Below are positions 40,441 through 51,248 of a DNA stretch of 64,000 nucleotides, in pieces. The notes beneath the pieces were generated by a model. That model was given only the letters and a program-made list of their open reading frames with translations, was not told where the DNA came from and did no database searches. Every line of letters starts with the position of its first letter. The first letter of the stretch is position 1. The position numbers were made by a program, and so were the translations under genes. This DNA is from Clostridia bacterium (lineage in GTDB: Bacteria; Bacillota; Clostridia; UBA1212; DUPL01): the NCBI GenBank assembly GCA_050951325.1, contig JBMNIW010000012.1, positions 96,001 through 160,000 of the forward strand, given 5' to 3'.

Positions 40441-40475
40441 AAATATCGTCTCCAGTTATCTTTTGTAAAATTTAA

Positions 40476-41309
40476 TTACTCAATTACCACAGACACCTCG
40501 TCCTTAATCGGATACACACTAACTCCGTCAGTCAATGAGTACTCAATGACCGAAACCATGACCAGCTTTCCTTCTTCATTCTTGGAAATGTACTGATCCA
40601 CAATTGTAAAATTCTCAGAGTTTAGCGTGTCAACAATATTGCTCTTGCTTCTTTGTTGTGAGGCAATAGCTGAAGGTCTATTGATTGCTATGTGGTCATA
40701 TCTATCCCTGTTAAAAGCTGAGAATGCGCATACTTCTCCATCGAAGTTTACCCAAAGTCGTACATAGTCGTCGGTCCTGTAACCGTTTACATACTTGCGG
40801 TATATTACTTCGTAGTAAAACCTTTGGGGAGGAATCTTACATGATTCAAAATCATAATCATGATCTGAACCAAAAATCTTAATCATAAACTCTTCAGCTA
40901 TTTTTATTGCCTCATCATCGTTATCGAAGGGTGTCAACCTTTCTCCATCTATCTTTTTGTTTTTAACTCCGCAAAGCATATCAGTGTTTTGCAGATAGTA
41001 AAATTCATTACCATTATCATCTACGTATACATCATAGGAACCATAAGCATCGCTTCTATCTTCAGGCTTCCTGGAGCTCAGGTTTTCTGATCTATCATAT
41101 TTAAGCTTTGACTCTCTGCGTCAGAATATACGAATATTCCTGGCTCCCTTTGCCCTTTTGTTTATGTACATTCCGTAATTGTCAATCTCAGCATCCTTTT
41201 TCATATTGGCAGCCCTTGAATTTCTGTAACCGCTGTATGTAGCAATAGTGGCTGTACCAAATATCAATAAAAAAACTGCAATCACAATAAGAATTCTATT
41301 CTTAAACAT
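40476..41309 (-). CDS. Secreted/anchored hypothetical protein (split by frameshift near 41000-41130)
   Basis: Signal/TM in 41121-41309; body AIKIAEEF..Y.V.YRKYVNGY.TDD.V...V..DG.V in 40476-40979. Confidence 0.55.
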
Positions 41310-41323
41310 CCCAAACCCCTCCT

Positions 41324-42497
41324 CTACACACGGCTGTTGACATCGCCATAGTATGTTGTGTTAATGGTTCCTGCCTGATAAGCGCTATAGTCGGCGTATT
41401 CAACGCATTCCTTGATTGTTGCATCACTGCTCCAGCCTGCCCTGATAAAGAACAGCTTTGCCCAATATGTGGCACCAAGATGGCTGCATTTTTCGTTAAC
41501 ACCAACTACAAAATGTGCGCCTTTATCATATGTATCTCTAATCAAACCATATTTTCTTGAACCGAGCATTATATCAGCATCTGTATATGCAGCTAGATAA
41601 ATTACAATTTTAGCTCTGGCAAGTCCGTTGGCACTCTATCTCTTCTATCGCATATGTTGAAGGTGCATCAAAAAGGTTTCTGCTTGCTGCTATGTAACCC
41701 AAACTTTCATTTTCCTCGTTGGCAAAACATATTACAGCACACGGGTCACCATGCACATCGACAGTCGACATTCCCACAAACACCCATACAGCATCCCTTT
41801 TAAGGTAGTGATATGCAAATGATGCAGTAGCGTTGTTTAATTTAAATGCGTAGTAACCTTTTGCTGTCATGGTGTCCACAAAGGTCTTGTCCGCTCCGCG
41901 GGTATCAAAGTAGTTGGGTACGAACAAAATCCAATCCACCAAAATTATCTGGGAGTATATATCAGCATCATGTTTTGTTACCTTTTCAAAGGACCAGGCA
42001 GTTCCGTCACCAAGATTCAGAAAACTCAAGTATACTGTTCCGAATCCATTGGTGGCAAGAAACTGACCGTTATATTTTATATGATAGCATCCATTAATTT
42101 TCGGGTCGTGTGTTGTTGAAATTCTATCTATAGTAAACTGTTGATAGGATGCTCCATTGTCAGTCCATATGTCAACATTGTTACCGGTTATATCCAACAC
42201 TTTTCTTGTTGGGCTGGACATAGGCTGAAGTTTATATGTACCATTTGAGTTTCTGGTAATCTTCCATTGTTGAGCATATATTCGATTGCCTACACTGCTT
42301 ATAACTGGGGTGCCGTTCGAGTCTGCTCCATTTTGGACCTCCAAATATCTGCCAGTTATTACATTCCTGATGTAGTATACCTCTCCTGTCTCCAAACCCG
42401 GCACATCATTGGTAGCTGCCATCGCAGCATATCCGTTAAAGCCCAGGAAGCTGAACATCATTGCAAACAGCAAAACCATACATATTTTTTTCTGCAT
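41324..42497 (-). CDS. Secreted ricin-type beta-trefoil (RICIN) domain protein (frameshift near 41620)
   Basis: Signal peptide; YYIRNV.TGRYLEV, AQQWKI, VLDI and YQQF QxW-like repeats; C-terminal part continues in 41324-41569. Confidence 0.72.
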
Positions 42498-42546
42498 CTC
42501 TACATCAACCCCTTCAAGAATTATTTAGACTATTAGCTTGTCTAGT

Positions 42547-42608
42547 ATTATATCATGAAAAAACGCAATTTTTCGGGCATTGTTCCAAAATGTGTCCCAA
42601 ATGTTCCA
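42547..42608 (-). promoter_or_regulatory. Candidate LytTR-activated promoter: TGGAACA direct repeats 21 bp apart plus extended -10
   Basis: tgttcca at 42581-42587 and 42602-42608; TGaTATAAT at 42547-42555 (minus); no consensus -35. Confidence 0.6.
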
Positions 42609-42654
42609 TTCGGTAATTTGTATCATATATTATGGTATTTATTCCATTTTATCC

Positions 42655-43980
42655 CTACCCTGTTTTGGATGCGCTTCCTTTATATGGTATTACCACATGG
42701 AGCGTAAATACGCTGTTCTGAAACTCCACATTCATGAATCCACCAAGCTCCTGCACCGCATCCCGTATAATACTAAGACCCAAACCATGCATGCTCTTGT
42801 TATCTTTGAGTGACTCGAACTGGTCTGTGAGCGTCTTTTTAACTCTGTCCGCAGAGTTTTCAATTAGAATGACTATGTTGTTCTCAATCCTCTGAAAACT
42901 TATAAATATGAATTTCTCCAGCGTCTCATCCTTGATACGCATGCATGCCTCGATAGCGTTGTCAATGGCATTGCCAAGAATACGACAGACATTGTACGGA
43001 GATATGTATATATTGTCTATTATGTTGCTGGTCTTTACTACGTATCTAATATCATTCTCCTTGGCAAGCAGACCCTTTATGTTAATAATTGCGTCTATGG
43101 CAGGATTCTTCGTGTAAATCATAGAAGCATCCTCTATTTCAGCTTCAAAGTCTTCTATGTATTTGTGCAGAAGCCTGATTTCATTGTTTTTTATTAAGCT
43201 TTTGATCATGACTATATGGTTTTTAAAGTCATGCCTCATTTTCCTCATTTCATCGTAGGAGAATCCCAATTGCTTGTAGTTCTCGTTTTCCTTTTCTATA
43301 AGGCTTTCTAACACTGTTACTTTTACGTTGGTTGTGTAGGAGTCAATAAAGGCAAATATGCTGAAGTTCATGTAAAGAAGACAAATAATTGAGATGCCTA
43401 AGTAAAGGGCATATTTATCCATGGAATAAATAATTGACCAGTACACTGTGTTGAGCATGATGACACTGGCCAATGGAACAGTTATTATTATCACCCAGTA
43501 GTATAGAGGGATGTGGCTGAATCTTCTGTTGACAATGTTAGCATTTGTCAAGCACAGCCAGAACAGAATTGTTCGGGTTGTGGTAATGTATATTAATTGG
43601 TAGGAGATGTCGTTTAGGTACAGAGGGTTTATCAGGAACATGTTTTGGAATTGAAGGATTATAAGTTCCGCTATTAGAATATAAAGTATGTATGCAACTA
43701 TTGTAAGGAGCTTGTCTATAGTGTCTCCTTTGAAAACTATGGCTAGAAATGCGTAGGCAAGAACAAAGGAAAGGATAATGTTGAGTGCAAAAGTGGGGAT
43801 GAAGTAAAAAAAGACAACACGAACAAGCAGTGTCAGAAGGGCTAATGTGTACTTCAGGCACCTTGCATATTTTCTTTCTTTGAGTGGAAACATCCTGGAG
43901 TAGAACACAAACACGATGATACATATTTCCACAAACGCATTTATTGTGGTTCCTACCAGACTTTGATACTGACCAAACAT
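42655..43980 (-). CDS. AgrC/VirS-like membrane sensor histidine kinase (GHKL)
   Basis: Multi-TM N-half; MRHDFKNH, ILGNAIDNAIEA and HGLGL. Confidence 0.9.
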   Translation of the reverse strand: MFGQYQSLVGTTINAFVEICIIVFVFYSRMFPLKERKYARCLKYTLALLTLLVRVVFFYFIPTFALNIILSFVLAYAFLAIVFKGDTIDKLLTIVAYILYILIAELIILQFQNMFLINPLYLNDISYQLIYITTTRTILFWLCLTNANIVNRRFSHIPLYYWVIIITVPLASVIMLNTVYWSIIYSMDKYALYLGISIICLLYMNFSIFAFIDSYTTNVKVTVLESLIEKENENYKQLGFSYDEMRKMRHDFKNHIVMIKSLIKNNEIRLLHKYIEDFEAEIEDASMIYTKNPAIDAIINIKGLLAKENDIRYVVKTSNIIDNIYISPYNVCRILGNAIDNAIEACMRIKDETLEKFIFISFQRIENNIVILIENSADRVKKTLTDQFESLKDNKSMHGLGLSIIRDAVQELGGFMNVEFQNSVFTLHVVIPYKGSASKTG

Positions 43981-44014
43981 TTCACTTCATACCTTACTAA
44001 TTTATTTCTTCTTG

Positions 44015-44725
44015 TTACAAACTTGCCAGATAACTTACATACGCAGTTTCTACTTCTCTTTTCAGAACTCTGCTCAAGGGAATGGATTGTCCTGTTTTCA
44101 ACACCACACTGTTAACATGAATGCTCTCAATGAACGACATGTTTACAACATAGCTTTGATGGGTTTTTACAAATCCGAACCCCTCAAGTCTTGACAGCAT
44201 ATTGTTTAGGGTTGAGTAGAATTGATAGGTTTTGCCAGACGCAGTATGTACATAAATGACTCTTTTCATGACTTCGAGATAAATTATTGAGCTTATTTTT
44301 ATAGTTATCCTGACACCTTTGATATTTGCGACGAGACATTTCTGCTTTCTGTAGTATTCATTGACTATGCTCTGCACCTGCCTTTTTATCATGCTTTCCG
44401 GCTCCTCCTTCAAGATATACCGGAAGGCACTTACCTCATAACCTTTCGTCGCAAATTCACTGTAGTTTGTCAAGAATGCAATTATGACCGATTTGTCTTT
44501 TTCACGAAGCCTTTGGGCCACTTCTATTCCATTTATACCAGGCATTTCAATATCAAGAAAAACAATATCATAGGTTTTATCATTGATAGACTCAAGCAAC
44601 TTTTGTCCAGAGAGAAATATATCGATATTAAGAGCGCGTCTTGGTCCTACGATTTCCCGTATGTAGTTTTCAGCTAGTTTACTATAATTAATATTGTCAT
44701 CACATATTGCTACATTCATCACCAT
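44015..44725 (-). CDS. LytTR family response regulator
   Basis: AICDD, FLDIEMP..NG, YILK; IIYLE..KR, FVKTHQSYVVN, IPLSR. Confidence 0.93.
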   Translation of the reverse strand: MVMNVAICDDNINYSKLAENYIREIVGPRRALNIDIFLSGQKLLESINDKTYDIVFLDIEMPGINGIEVAQRLREKDKSVIIAFLTNYSEFATKGYEVSAFRYILKEEPESMIKRQVQSIVNEYYRKQKCLVANIKGVRITIKISSIIYLEVMKRVIYVHTASGKTYQFYSTLNNMLSRLEGFGFVKTHQSYVVNMSFIESIHVNSVVLKTGQSIPLSRVLKREVETAYVSYLASL

Positions 44726-44892
44726 CTCCCCTTGTCCATTGAATTGCCTATGTTGTTTTTTGTACTGTGCAATATTCTATCATACTTTATAAAATTTTAA
44801 AATACGGCAGCCATATTGGAATTTTATTGTATTTATTGTTTTTTAAACAGAAAAGCTGTATAGTATAGAAAAAACCAAGAAAGGGAATTTAA

Positions 44893-45606
44893 ATGTCAAG
44901 AGTTGTTCTGATAACAGGTGCATCAAGAGGTATAGGCAGGGCTATGGCCATCAAGTTTGCCGAATCGGGATGGCTTGTGGCTGCCAATTACAACAAGAGT
45001 GAAGACAGGGCACTGCAACTAAAGAGAATGTCTGACAACATATATATTTGCAAGGCAGATGTTTCGAATAGAAATGAAGTTAATAATATGATTGAAAATA
45101 TCAGAAGAGAGCTTGGACCAATTTGTGTGTTGATCAACAATGCGGCAGTGTCCAGCATTAAAATGTTTTCAGACATAACGGAAGAGGAATGGGATTATAC
45201 TTTTGATGTTAATATTAAAGGTGTATATAATTGTACCCAGGAAGTCCTCCCTGACATGATCAGGAAGAAATCCGGGAGCATTATAAACATTTCATCCATG
45301 TGGGGTCAGGTTGGCGCATCCTGCGAGGTCCATTACTCGGCAGCGAAAGCTGCAATTATAGGCTTTACTAAAGCATTGGCAAAGGAGCTGGGGCCCTCAT
45401 TTGTTAGAGTAAACTGTATAGCTCCTGGAGTCGTTTCAACAGAGATGAACATGGATGTTGATTTAAGCGCTTTGAGAGAAGAAACACCATTAGGAAGATT
45501 AGGTACTGCTTCAGAGGTTGCTGAATGCGCATATTTTCTTGCCTCTGACAATTCTTCCTTTATTACAGGACAAGTTATTGGTGTAAACGGTGGACTCGTA
45601 GTATAA
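44893..45606 (+). CDS. ymfI: FabG-like SDR, YmfI (EF-P 5-aminopentanone reductase)-type
   Basis: TGASRGIG, NNAA, ISSMWGQVGASCEVHYSAAK. Confidence 0.65.
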   Translation: MSRVVLITGASRGIGRAMAIKFAESGWLVAANYNKSEDRALQLKRMSDNIYICKADVSNRNEVNNMIENIRRELGPICVLINNAAVSSIKMFSDITEEEWDYTFDVNIKGVYNCTQEVLPDMIRKKSGSIINISSMWGQVGASCEVHYSAAKAAIIGFTKALAKELGPSFVRVNCIAPGVVSTEMNMDVDLSALREETPLGRLGTASEVAECAYFLASDNSSFITGQVIGVNGGLVV

Positions 45607-45645
45607 TTTACTTGTGCTTTTCCAAATTTTTTGTTATTTTAACAC

Positions 45646-45673
45646 TTGACGTTTTTTATATTTATGGTACAAT
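45646..45673 (+). promoter_or_regulatory. sigmaA promoter of the tRNA
   Basis: TTGACG-16 bp-TACAAT with extended TG. Confidence 0.75.
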
Positions 45674-45701
45674 GATAAAGCTAACAGATAGCACCTTTTG
45701 T

Positions 45702-45793
45702 GGAGAAGTACCCAAGCAGGTCGAAGGGGACGGTTTGCTAAACCGTTAGGTCAGGTAACTGGCGCAAGAGTTCGAATCTCTTCTTCTCCGCCA
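45702..45793 (+). tRNA. tRNA-Ser(GCT)
   Basis: GGAGAAG/CTTCTCC acceptor stem plus GCCA; anticodon arm ACGGT-TTGCTAA-ACCGT; long variable arm; GTTCGAATC. Confidence 0.97.
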
Positions 45794-45796
45794 TTC

Positions 45797-45830
45797 GTCT
45801 GGGATTTAAAAAATCATCCCAGACTTTTTT
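45797..45830 (+). terminator. tRNA terminator
   Basis: GTCTGGGAT...ATCCCAGAC plus TTTTTT. Confidence 0.8.
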
Positions 45831-45862
45831 ATTACTAAATCATCCCAGACTTTTTTATTACT
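45811..45862. repeat. Exact 26-bp tandem duplication of the terminator 3' arm
   Basis: AAATCATCCCAGACTTTTTTATTACT at 45811-45836 and 45837-45862. Confidence 0.9.
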
Positions 45863-45923
45863 TTTTTACAATTTGACACTTGTTTTCATTTTAGGTACGA
45901 TTGTACAGTTGTAGTTTTTTGTT

Positions 45924-47211
45924 TTGAGGTGTGACATTAATTTGCGGTCCATAGATTTGACAACAGGAAGTCCAACGAAAAAAATAATTGCCTTTTCGAT
46001 TCCCATATTTATTGGAAATTTGTTTCAGCAAATTTATAGTGTGTCAGACATGTTTGTGGTAGGAAGATTTTTAGGCAAAGACGCTCTTGCAGCAGTCGGT
46101 GCATGCTCTGCAGTAATAATTTTTCTAACATCAATCATCATAGGCTTATGTATGGGAAGCGGAGTATATTTTTCCGATTTGTACGGAGGAAAGGATTACG
46201 ACAAACTATCCTGCGCAATTCCTGCGTCCTTTGTTTTTATCTTTACATTGACCATGGGAATCATGGCGGCAACAATTGTATTTATAAATCCTTTGATGCG
46301 TTTGTTCAACATACCAAATGAAGTCATCGGACTTGCCAGAACCTATCTGCTGATTACAATCTCAGGCATGCCCTTTGCGTTATTATATAACATGGCAACG
46401 GTGATATTGCGTGCCTTCGGGGACAGCAAGACACCATTGATTGCCTTGATTACTGCATCCACCATTAATGTGGCGTTTGATTTTCTTTTGGTAGTCGTGT
46501 GGCCGTTAGGGGTAAAAGGACCTGCCATATCGACATTGGCAGCTCAGATTCTTTCGGGTATTCCTCTTGCGATATACTCCCTAAAGAAAATGAATTTTCT
46601 CAATCTGCGGCTTGTTTTTGAAAAAGCTTTGTTTAATAATGAACTTTGGAATCCTTTTGGTTCAAGGACTAGTTAATTCTTTCGGGGTTGTCACAATGGC
46701 CGCATTTGCCATTGGCGTGAAAATCGATACATTTGCATACATGCCTGCACAGGAGTTTGGTAATGCCTTTGCAACATACGTAGCACAAAACAAAGGAGCA
46801 AACAAAATTGGCCGTATACGAAAAGGATTCCGTTCGGCAATTGTTTGCTCAACAGTTTTTAGTCTTCCCATATCTGCTTTGATATATGTTTTTGCTCCCA
46901 ATTTGGTGGCATTTTTCTCCGACTCGGACCATTATGTTATAGTACAAGGGGCAAAGTATCTTAGAACAGAAGGCCTCTTCTATATACTGATAGGTTACCT
47001 GTTTATACACTATGGCTTTTACAGGGGTCTTGGACGCTTCAATACTTCAATTTTCCTTACTATTATCTCCCTTGGCACAAGGGTTTTACTGTCATATTTT
47101 TTGGTCTGGGTAGGATTTGGGGTGACCAGCATATGGTGGAGCATTGTCATAGGGTGGGCAATTGCAGACTTTTTTGGTTTATTATTTTATCGAAAAACCT
47201 TTACAAGTTAA
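45924..47211 (+). pseudogene. MATE efflux transporter, frameshifted with an apparent short deletion near 46635
   Basis: GNLFQQIYS..D..VVGRFLG, LRAFGDSKTPL and VAQNKGA in two frames; the helix expected before MNFGIL appears to be missing. Confidence 0.75.
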
Positions 47212-47212
47212 T

Positions 47213-47449
47213 TTACATATACAAGTATTTTCCCTTGTTGTTTGCTACTTCTTCCACTATATCCTTGCCTGAAGAAAACGAATCGAAAGTTCCCTTGTTT
47301 ATTTCATCTATAACCAGGTTAAGAAGTTTCTCGTAGTACGCTTCCGGATGCATCTCCGTTGTGGACCGTGTAATGTGGTCCCTGTTTTCCATGGAAGCCA
47401 AAACCTGATAACGCTCCTTAACTTGCTGAATTAGCTGTTCCCTGTTCAT
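47213..47449 (-). CDS. Small conserved hypothetical protein
   Basis: 78 aa; AGGTG RBS; PEAYYE.LL..V..EI..G.FD motif. Confidence 0.6.
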   Translation of the reverse strand: MNREQLIQQVKERYQVLASMENRDHITRSTTEMHPEAYYEKLLNLVIDEINKGTFDSFSSGKDIVEEVANNKGKYLYM

Positions 47450-47496
47450 GGTTTCACCTGCAATCTTTCTTTTTCTTTAGCTTCTCCTCGGTACAA

Positions 47497-48006
47497 TTAT
47501 TTATTCTCAAAAACCAGTTTGGCAGATGTTTCAAAATCAAGGCTCATTTTATGTAGTTTGATATTTGTGTTCAACTTCTTTTTTATAACATCTGTAATTG
47601 TTTTCATGTTGTAACTGGCTATGGCTGCGTAATAAAGATTCCATAAATCCTTTGAGTCGTATTCAGCCTTTATGATTCTAATACCTTCGTACGGCTTGAT
47701 CGCCTCGTTCGCTTTTTTTACCACCTTTTCACTAATATCTTCAATCTCAATCTCTATTGGAAAGTTTCTTTCCTTATTTTCTTGTTTGATGTAGTACAGA
47801 TATTTGCATTCCTTTTCAATGCACTGATGCTGTTTTATTTGCTTTTCAGTCAAATAACCCGGGTGATGAGAGGATGCACAATATCCTTTTACTTTGCTTC
47901 GACTTGATACTTTATTGTCAATTAGTCGACAGCGCCTGGGATCTCCTGTTTCTTCTAAAAAGCATTGAAAACCCTCCTCGTCTCTCGGGAACGCTGAAAT
48001 CAACAT
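47497..48006 (-). CDS. Hypothetical protein with Cys/His cluster and a possibly PSP1-like C-terminus
   Basis: GYC...HHPGYL...HQC..KEC; IRIIKAEY...YY. Confidence 0.5.
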   Translation of the reverse strand: MLISAFPRDEEGFQCFLEETGDPRRCRLIDNKVSSRSKVKGYCASSHHPGYLTEKQIKQHQCIEKECKYLYYIKQENKERNFPIEIEIEDISEKVVKKANEAIKPYEGIRIIKAEYDSKDLWNLYYAAIASYNMKTITDVIKKKLNTNIKLHKMSLDFETSAKLVFENK

Positions 48007-48027
48007 TTTTATCACCTGTTCTCATTT

Positions 48028-49473
48028 TTATTTATCTTTTAAAATCATTCTTATTCTTTTAAACAGAATCATTAGTACTGCAGAGGACACAATAGCGATA
48101 CCAACAAAGGATTTTTGATGGTTATTGACTTCACGCACCTGTGCCATTGTTTGGAGATTGGCATAACTTTTTGCAAACCCAAAAATGTCGTGAAGAATTG
48201 CTTTATCATTTTCATGGTCATAAATATATGCTCTTACCAATAATTCTTTCTCACTTACAGTTATTACTGTGAACATCGAGTTATATAAATTGTTGCAGAC
48301 CTCAAAGTATCCATCAAACCTTTCCGGCACCTGGCAAGAGTAGAATTTTGTTCCGGAAGAGCCGCCTGTGAGGTACGTAGTGCCCTTTTGATTGACTACA
48401 GATAGATAATTCCTGTTTTCGTATTTCTTTTCAACATATATCCTATTAACATACACTCGGCCATCCAAAATGCTTTTTGATCTTGAGTAGACATGATCGT
48501 GTCCTTGCAATACTAGCTCAACATTATACTTGGTAAATATGGGTTCCAATTGTTTGCGCAGGCCGTCAAACCATTCAATGGAATAATTGGAATGCGGTCC
48601 TGTACTGTATAACGGCCAGTGAAGACCAACAATCTTCCATATTTTATCGGTACCTTCCAGATCCTTTTCCAGCCATTTTATCTGCTTTTCACTTAAGTTA
48701 AAATTGTTATCAACGTCCGTTATGTCCAACATTACAAAATGAGCATTTGCATAGTCAAAGGAATAGAAATACCCTTTTTCAACACTTTGATTCTCAGGAA
48801 GTTTTTTATGGAAGTGAATGTATAACTCCGCTCCGTTGTCTTCATGGTAGTTTCCCGAGATGGAGTTAATCAATGTGTGGGCGGTATACCTTCTATTATC
48901 ATGAAGCATGGCTTTCCACTCATCTTCCACAAGACCGTTTTCAACCATGTCACCCGTATGAAGTATGAAACGTATTTCAGGATACATGGAAAAAGCCTTT
49001 CCCAACACCTGCCCAAAACGCTTTGGAGCTTTCTGGCTGTCGGTTACATAGAGAAATGTAAACACAACTTTTTCGTCTTGCTGCGGTGCGGTCCTAAAAG
49101 AGCATGTCTCGCTCCAAATGTTCCTTTTAGCATCTCCCACTCTAAAGATATATTCAGTATCATATTCAAGACCTGATACAACCGCCTTGTATATGTGGTC
49201 TTTCTCAAGAGAACCATGGTTGTCAATTGTAGCATCAAACACCAATGGATTTTTAAATACATCTTTACCTGCAGTTTTTTTCGCAAACTGAACCTGTGGT
49301 TTTTCATACTTATCCAGAGACCTGTAAGTTATGCCGTATTCTGTCGCATCCTGGTTGTACATGGTTGCGGTTATTGTATGTGGGAGCGACATATCTTCGG
49401 CATTCGCCGGACAAAAGCCAGATATATTTGCTGCTATCAATATTGCGGTTAAGATCTTCTGAAATTTATGCAT
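48028..49473 (-). CDS. Secreted purple acid phosphatase-like metallophosphoesterase with FN3 domain and C-terminal anchor
   Basis: GL..DTEY.FRVG; DSQ, HTGDMV, GN.HE, H.P.YS and GHDHVYSR. Confidence 0.85.
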   Translation of the reverse strand: MHKFQKILTAILIAANISGFCPANAEDMSLPHTITATMYNQDATEYGITYRSLDKYEKPQVQFAKKTAGKDVFKNPLVFDATIDNHGSLEKDHIYKAVVSGLEYDTEYIFRVGDAKRNIWSETCSFRTAPQQDEKVVFTFLYVTDSQKAPKRFGQVLGKAFSMYPEIRFILHTGDMVENGLVEDEWKAMLHDNRRYTAHTLINSISGNYHEDNGAELYIHFHKKLPENQSVEKGYFYSFDYANAHFVMLDITDVDNNFNLSEKQIKWLEKDLEGTDKIWKIVGLHWPLYSTGPHSNYSIEWFDGLRKQLEPIFTKYNVELVLQGHDHVYSRSKSILDGRVYVNRIYVEKKYENRNYLSVVNQKGTTYLTGGSSGTKFYSCQVPERFDGYFEVCNNLYNSMFTVITVSEKELLVRAYIYDHENDKAILHDIFGFAKSYANLQTMAQVREVNNHQKSFVGIAIVSSAVLMILFKRIRMILKDK

Positions 49474-49562
49474 GATTTACCCCCGCTAATAGCTTTTGTT
49501 CCAGGTAGGAGTTATATACTTCTATTATATAGGGGATTTGTGGCAAAGAAAAGACAAGGGGT

Positions 49563-49931
49563 TTACTTTTCCCGCCCCTTGATTGCAAGCAAATGTATGG
49601 ACACTGCTGTCCCAATAACTGCTATGATTACTCGGACCAATAATTTATCTATAAAAAACATGGACAGTACAAGGGTGGTCCACAGAAAAATTAGCGCTGT
49701 TACTCTTGTCTTTTTGCTTATGCCGGTTTTTTCTCTGTAGTTCTTAATAAACTCACCAAAATACGGACTGTTAATAAGTTTGTTGTATAGTGTGGGACTT
49801 GATGCAGCAAAGCATGCTGATGCCACCAACACAAAGGGAGTGGTTGGAAGGACTGGCAAAACAAGCCCAAGTCCTCCAAGTCCTACGAATATACAACCTA
49901 TTGTAATCAATACAATTTTTTTCAAGCCCAT
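49563..49931 (-). CDS. ybaN: YbaN (DUF454) inner-membrane protein
   Basis: G..LPVLPTTPF.L.A..CF..SS. Confidence 0.85.
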   Translation of the reverse strand: MGLKKIVLITIGCIFVGLGGLGLVLPVLPTTPFVLVASACFAASSPTLYNKLINSPYFGEFIKNYREKTGISKKTRVTALIFLWTTLVLSMFFIDKLLVRVIIAVIGTAVSIHLLAIKGREK

Positions 49932-49954
49932 TTAAATATCATTCCTGCTGCATA

Positions 49955-51214
49955 TCAAGCCATGTTGATTTTCACGATTTCTCTGTCTTCCATGGCCTTA
50001 TCAGCAGCATAAACACAGAGGTAACCAGCTATGGTATCATCAATAACCGGTGCGGAGGATGATGTTTTTTCATTCCTTATATATGCATTAAAGTCGGCTA
50101 TGAGACCTTCATCTCCGCCGTGATGGGCTTTAAATACATTCGCATCGGTTAAATCATATTCAGTCACTTCATGCTCCCCTGTTTTGACGATGTATTTTCT
50201 CAGGACTATCTTGCTGTGCTGAAGACATCCTTCAATCTCTCCCTGGGTTCCTTTTACAAAAAGATTTCGTACCTCAGGCATTCCGCTGGAAAGGAGTTTG
50301 AAGGTGGCCATGCTTCCATTTTCAAACTCAATCATCACCGCCTGATTGTCTACAATATTTGCATCTGTTTTATAGGCACACTTGCTTCTTTTCAAGTCAT
50401 TCCTGAGATTCCTTAATTCTTCTTCAACCCCTCCTTCAGGGAGTATGTCCCAAATCCTTTTTATGTTAACCGAGTTGTATCCTACAGAATATATGCAGGT
50501 CTCGGAATGTTTGCACTCAAAACAATTGTCCGCCGCTCCCTCGGGTGCTTTTTCAGGAACTATAAATCGTCTTCCCCCAAAACTTGATACATAAAGGGGC
50601 TTTGCTGTATTGTTCAGCCAGCAAATAAGGTCTATGTCATGGCAGGATTTTGCCAACAGGAAAGTCGAGCCGCATTCGTCCTTGTTCCTCCATTGCCCTC
50701 TAATGAATGAGAAATCTGTGAGCAAGACACCAGGATATTCACAAGCATCAATGTGAACAACCTCTCCAACAGCTCCTTCTTCTATCAACTCTTTAGCCTT
50801 TTTGTAAAAGGGTGTGTATCTAAGTACATGACACACAACAAGCTTGCATCCATTTTCTCTTGCCTTCTCCGCCACCTTCAAAAGGTCCCGCTTGTTGTTT
50901 GCAACAGGCTTTTCAAGAAGCATGTCGTATCCCAGTCCCAGAAATGCGATTGCTGTCTCCACATGGTACTGGTCCATCGTTGTATTTATCACACAGTCCG
51001 CAATTTTACCAAGTTTCAGAACCTCTTTATAATCTTTAAAACACATGTCTTTTGGAACATTGAATCTTTTTTGCATGAACTCCAACGCTTCATCCTTGAA
51101 ATCCACAGCTGCCACTATTTCATACGCATCTCCCAGTTCCTCAGCAGCTTTGCAATATGCGGTTGCCCTGTTGCCACATCCTAAAACGATAACCTTTATG
51201 CTATCTTTCTGCAA
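49955..51214 (-). CDS. Gfo/Idh/MocA family oxidoreductase
   Basis: GCGNRA, LLEKP, HVLRY.P, AKSCHDID and HHGGD. Confidence 0.9.
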   Translation of the reverse strand: MQKDSIKVIVLGCGNRATAYCKAAEELGDAYEIVAAVDFKDEALEFMQKRFNVPKDMCFKDYKEVLKLGKIADCVINTTMDQYHVETAIAFLGLGYDMLLEKPVANNKRDLLKVAEKARENGCKLVVCHVLRYTPFYKKAKELIEEGAVGEVVHIDACEYPGVLLTDFSFIRGQWRNKDECGSTFLLAKSCHDIDLICWLNNTAKPLYVSSFGGRRFIVPEKAPEGAADNCFECKHSETCIYSVGYNSVNIKRIWDILPEGGVEEELRNLRNDLKRSKCAYKTDANIVDNQAVMIEFENGSMATFKLLSSGMPEVRNLFVKGTQGEIEGCLQHSKIVLRKYIVKTGEHEVTEYDLTDANVFKAHHGGDEGLIADFNAYIRNEKTSSSAPVIDDTIAGYLCVYAADKAMEDREIVKINMA

Positions 51215-51248
51215 TTATATCCCTCCATTTTTTCTTCACTTTATCTGC

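Noticed and set aside
42655-44725. Complete agr quorum-sensing system
   Set aside because: No AgrB protease or AgrD peptide was recognised nearby.
45702-47449. Prophage/ICE integrated at tRNA-Ser
   Set aside because: No integrase, and I saw no second copy of the tRNA 3' end in the window.
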